Below, piece after piece: positions 52,961-64,000 of a stretch of DNA of 64,000 nt. The stretch lies in contig NIVC01000623.1 in NCBI GenBank assembly GCA_002269645.1, forward strand, positions 1 through 64,000, given 5' to 3'. This DNA is from Macrostomum lignano. Its lineage: Eukaryota. The position numbers were made by a program, and so were the translations under genes. Position 1 is the first letter of the stretch. Every line of letters starts with the position of its first letter. The notes under the pieces are model-generated. The model did no database searches. It had not been told where the DNA came from and saw nothing but the letters and a program-made list of their open reading frames with translations.

Positions 52961-53741
52961 TTTATTAATTAGTCAAATTAAGGATTGCGACAAGAATTTA
53001 ATCAGTTAGTTTATGATCTTCAAAAAGCACGTATATTAAAGTATATTAATTTATTTAAACGTGATTGTGTAAGCCTCTCATATTAACTACAGAATTGGTT
53101 TAGTCATTGCGAAAAAAAGCGTTTAAAAATCATTTCTTGTGACAAATAGATTAAAATCTCACTTTGGGATCTTTCGAAAAGAAAATGAGGTCAAAATATG
53201 AACAAAAACAAGAGAGAATGTTGCAAAATTCCATTGCACATTTCGCATACAGGTAGGTATTAAAATCAATAGTTTCAAATAATAATCTTATTAGTTTCAG
53301 GTGCATTTATTCATACTCTCTTATACAAATCCGACTTTGATACAATTTATAAGCAATTGCAATTGGTAACATTCTTAACCAGGGGCTTTTATTACAGTCC
53401 AGCCATGGGTCACTCCATTCAGCGAATATAATGCTAATTAAGCAAAGTATAGCATATTTATAATACTATACTGAACACTGGGACAATTGTCTCGATTCGG
53501 TACAGAAAGGTCCTGCTAAGCTCCTGAAATGACTAAACAGCATGGCGAAATACGAGTAGTGTAGACTTTTACGAACAACAGTAAAAAACTTTATAATGCT
53601 CAGATTAACATATAGTTGCAACTCTTTAAATGATGTTCAATTCGTACAGAATGTATATGGGTTTCACAATTAATCTGTCTATGCAGACTAAATAAAACTG
53701 TAAATTCAGTCTTAAGCGGCCGTCTTGGTCAGGCAGGGTGA

Positions 53742-62992
<9,251 letters not shown>

Positions 62993-64000
62993 CTAAAGTT
63001 GGTGGGCGTTAACAGAAAATAGTTCAACTTTTGATAAGAAAGCCTTTATTATCACAATTTTAAGCAAAAGTAAAAAACAATTAGCAGCCTATAAATAGCT
63101 GCATCAAAACAGTGTTGGTTGTGTATACTTTTGTATATCTTATTTAAAATGCTTTATCAAATCAATACATGTTAATAAACAACAATTAAACATCAAATAT
63201 CAGTTTTACACAACAAGCTTCAATGAGGCATACTCTCATTTTACACAGATAAAAAACTAGAAAATCTCATCTTTTGTATATAAATATGAGCATTTATACT
63301 AGCAAGTCAAAGCAATGATGACTTGGAAATCATTTTGGTTAAATTTTAAGATAAAAGTAATTTTTTCCTAGTGTTTTAATTACCATATATAAATATTTTA
63401 TTTTTCAATTTGATAAGAATATTAATTTTAATAGGAAAAATAACCTATATACCAGACTCCAGAAGGTTACATATACACTGGAAAATTCTGGCATACAAAA
63501 GACCCTTTTCAAAATTTGGTGTACAAATTTTGGTATACAAATTCATGCATTTTTGGCATTCAAATTTTGGTGAATAAATTTATGCTCTACATGACAATTG
63601 TAATATAAGTTAACATTTTTATATAAAATAAACAAAAATCTGTATAGTCTAGAAAGTTAATGAACTTTTTGCCTCTTAAACATTAACAATAAATAAAAAC
63701 AATTAAAATTATTGCTAAAAATGTACATTTTGCACCATTATTTTTATAGGTATAATTTAAGTTTGTTTAAAAGGACAATATTTGTAATACAAGCATGTTT
63801 TTAAAAAAGACTCAACTTATGAAAACCAAGTGACCTTTTTAGGAGAAAGTTTTGGTATACGTTTAGCTAAAATAGGATTCTTGTTTTAATTTTAACATAC
63901 ACTATTACACAATCCAGACCCTGGCTTATATAAAATGTTTGCTTGAAAAGTTTTGATTTCATCATTTAACTTTCATTTCAAAATTTAACAGATTTTAGGC

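Overview
Eukaryotic (metazoan) genomic DNA with GC-rich exons and GT-AG introns, most of which carry their own minisatellite. The style suggests a free-living flatworm such as Macrostomum, but that is inference only. Genes reconstructed exon by exon: two tandem GABA-B-receptor-like class C GPCRs (one complete, one cut by the left edge and carrying a 1-nt frameshift), two convergent divergent ETS transcription factors, a STIM homologue whose luminal EF-hand loop is destroyed, MPP6, ITFG1/LINKIN, a small acidic disordered protein, and a PKA catalytic subunit gene with two mutually exclusive catalytic-loop exons (first exon lies off the right edge). A full-length, apparently intact 5.9-kb LOA-like non-LTR retrotransposon (ORF1; APE-RT-RNase H ORF2) sits inside a 23-nt intronic satellite. 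Its first nucleotide is G1 of a complete HDV-like self-cleaving ribozyme fold (P1 with G-U wobble, P3/L3, covarying P1.1, P4, catalytic C). This is the strongest hidden signal in the window. Several SINEs, MITEs and foldback elements are also present. Most long ORFs in the supplied track are read-throughs of tandem repeats.
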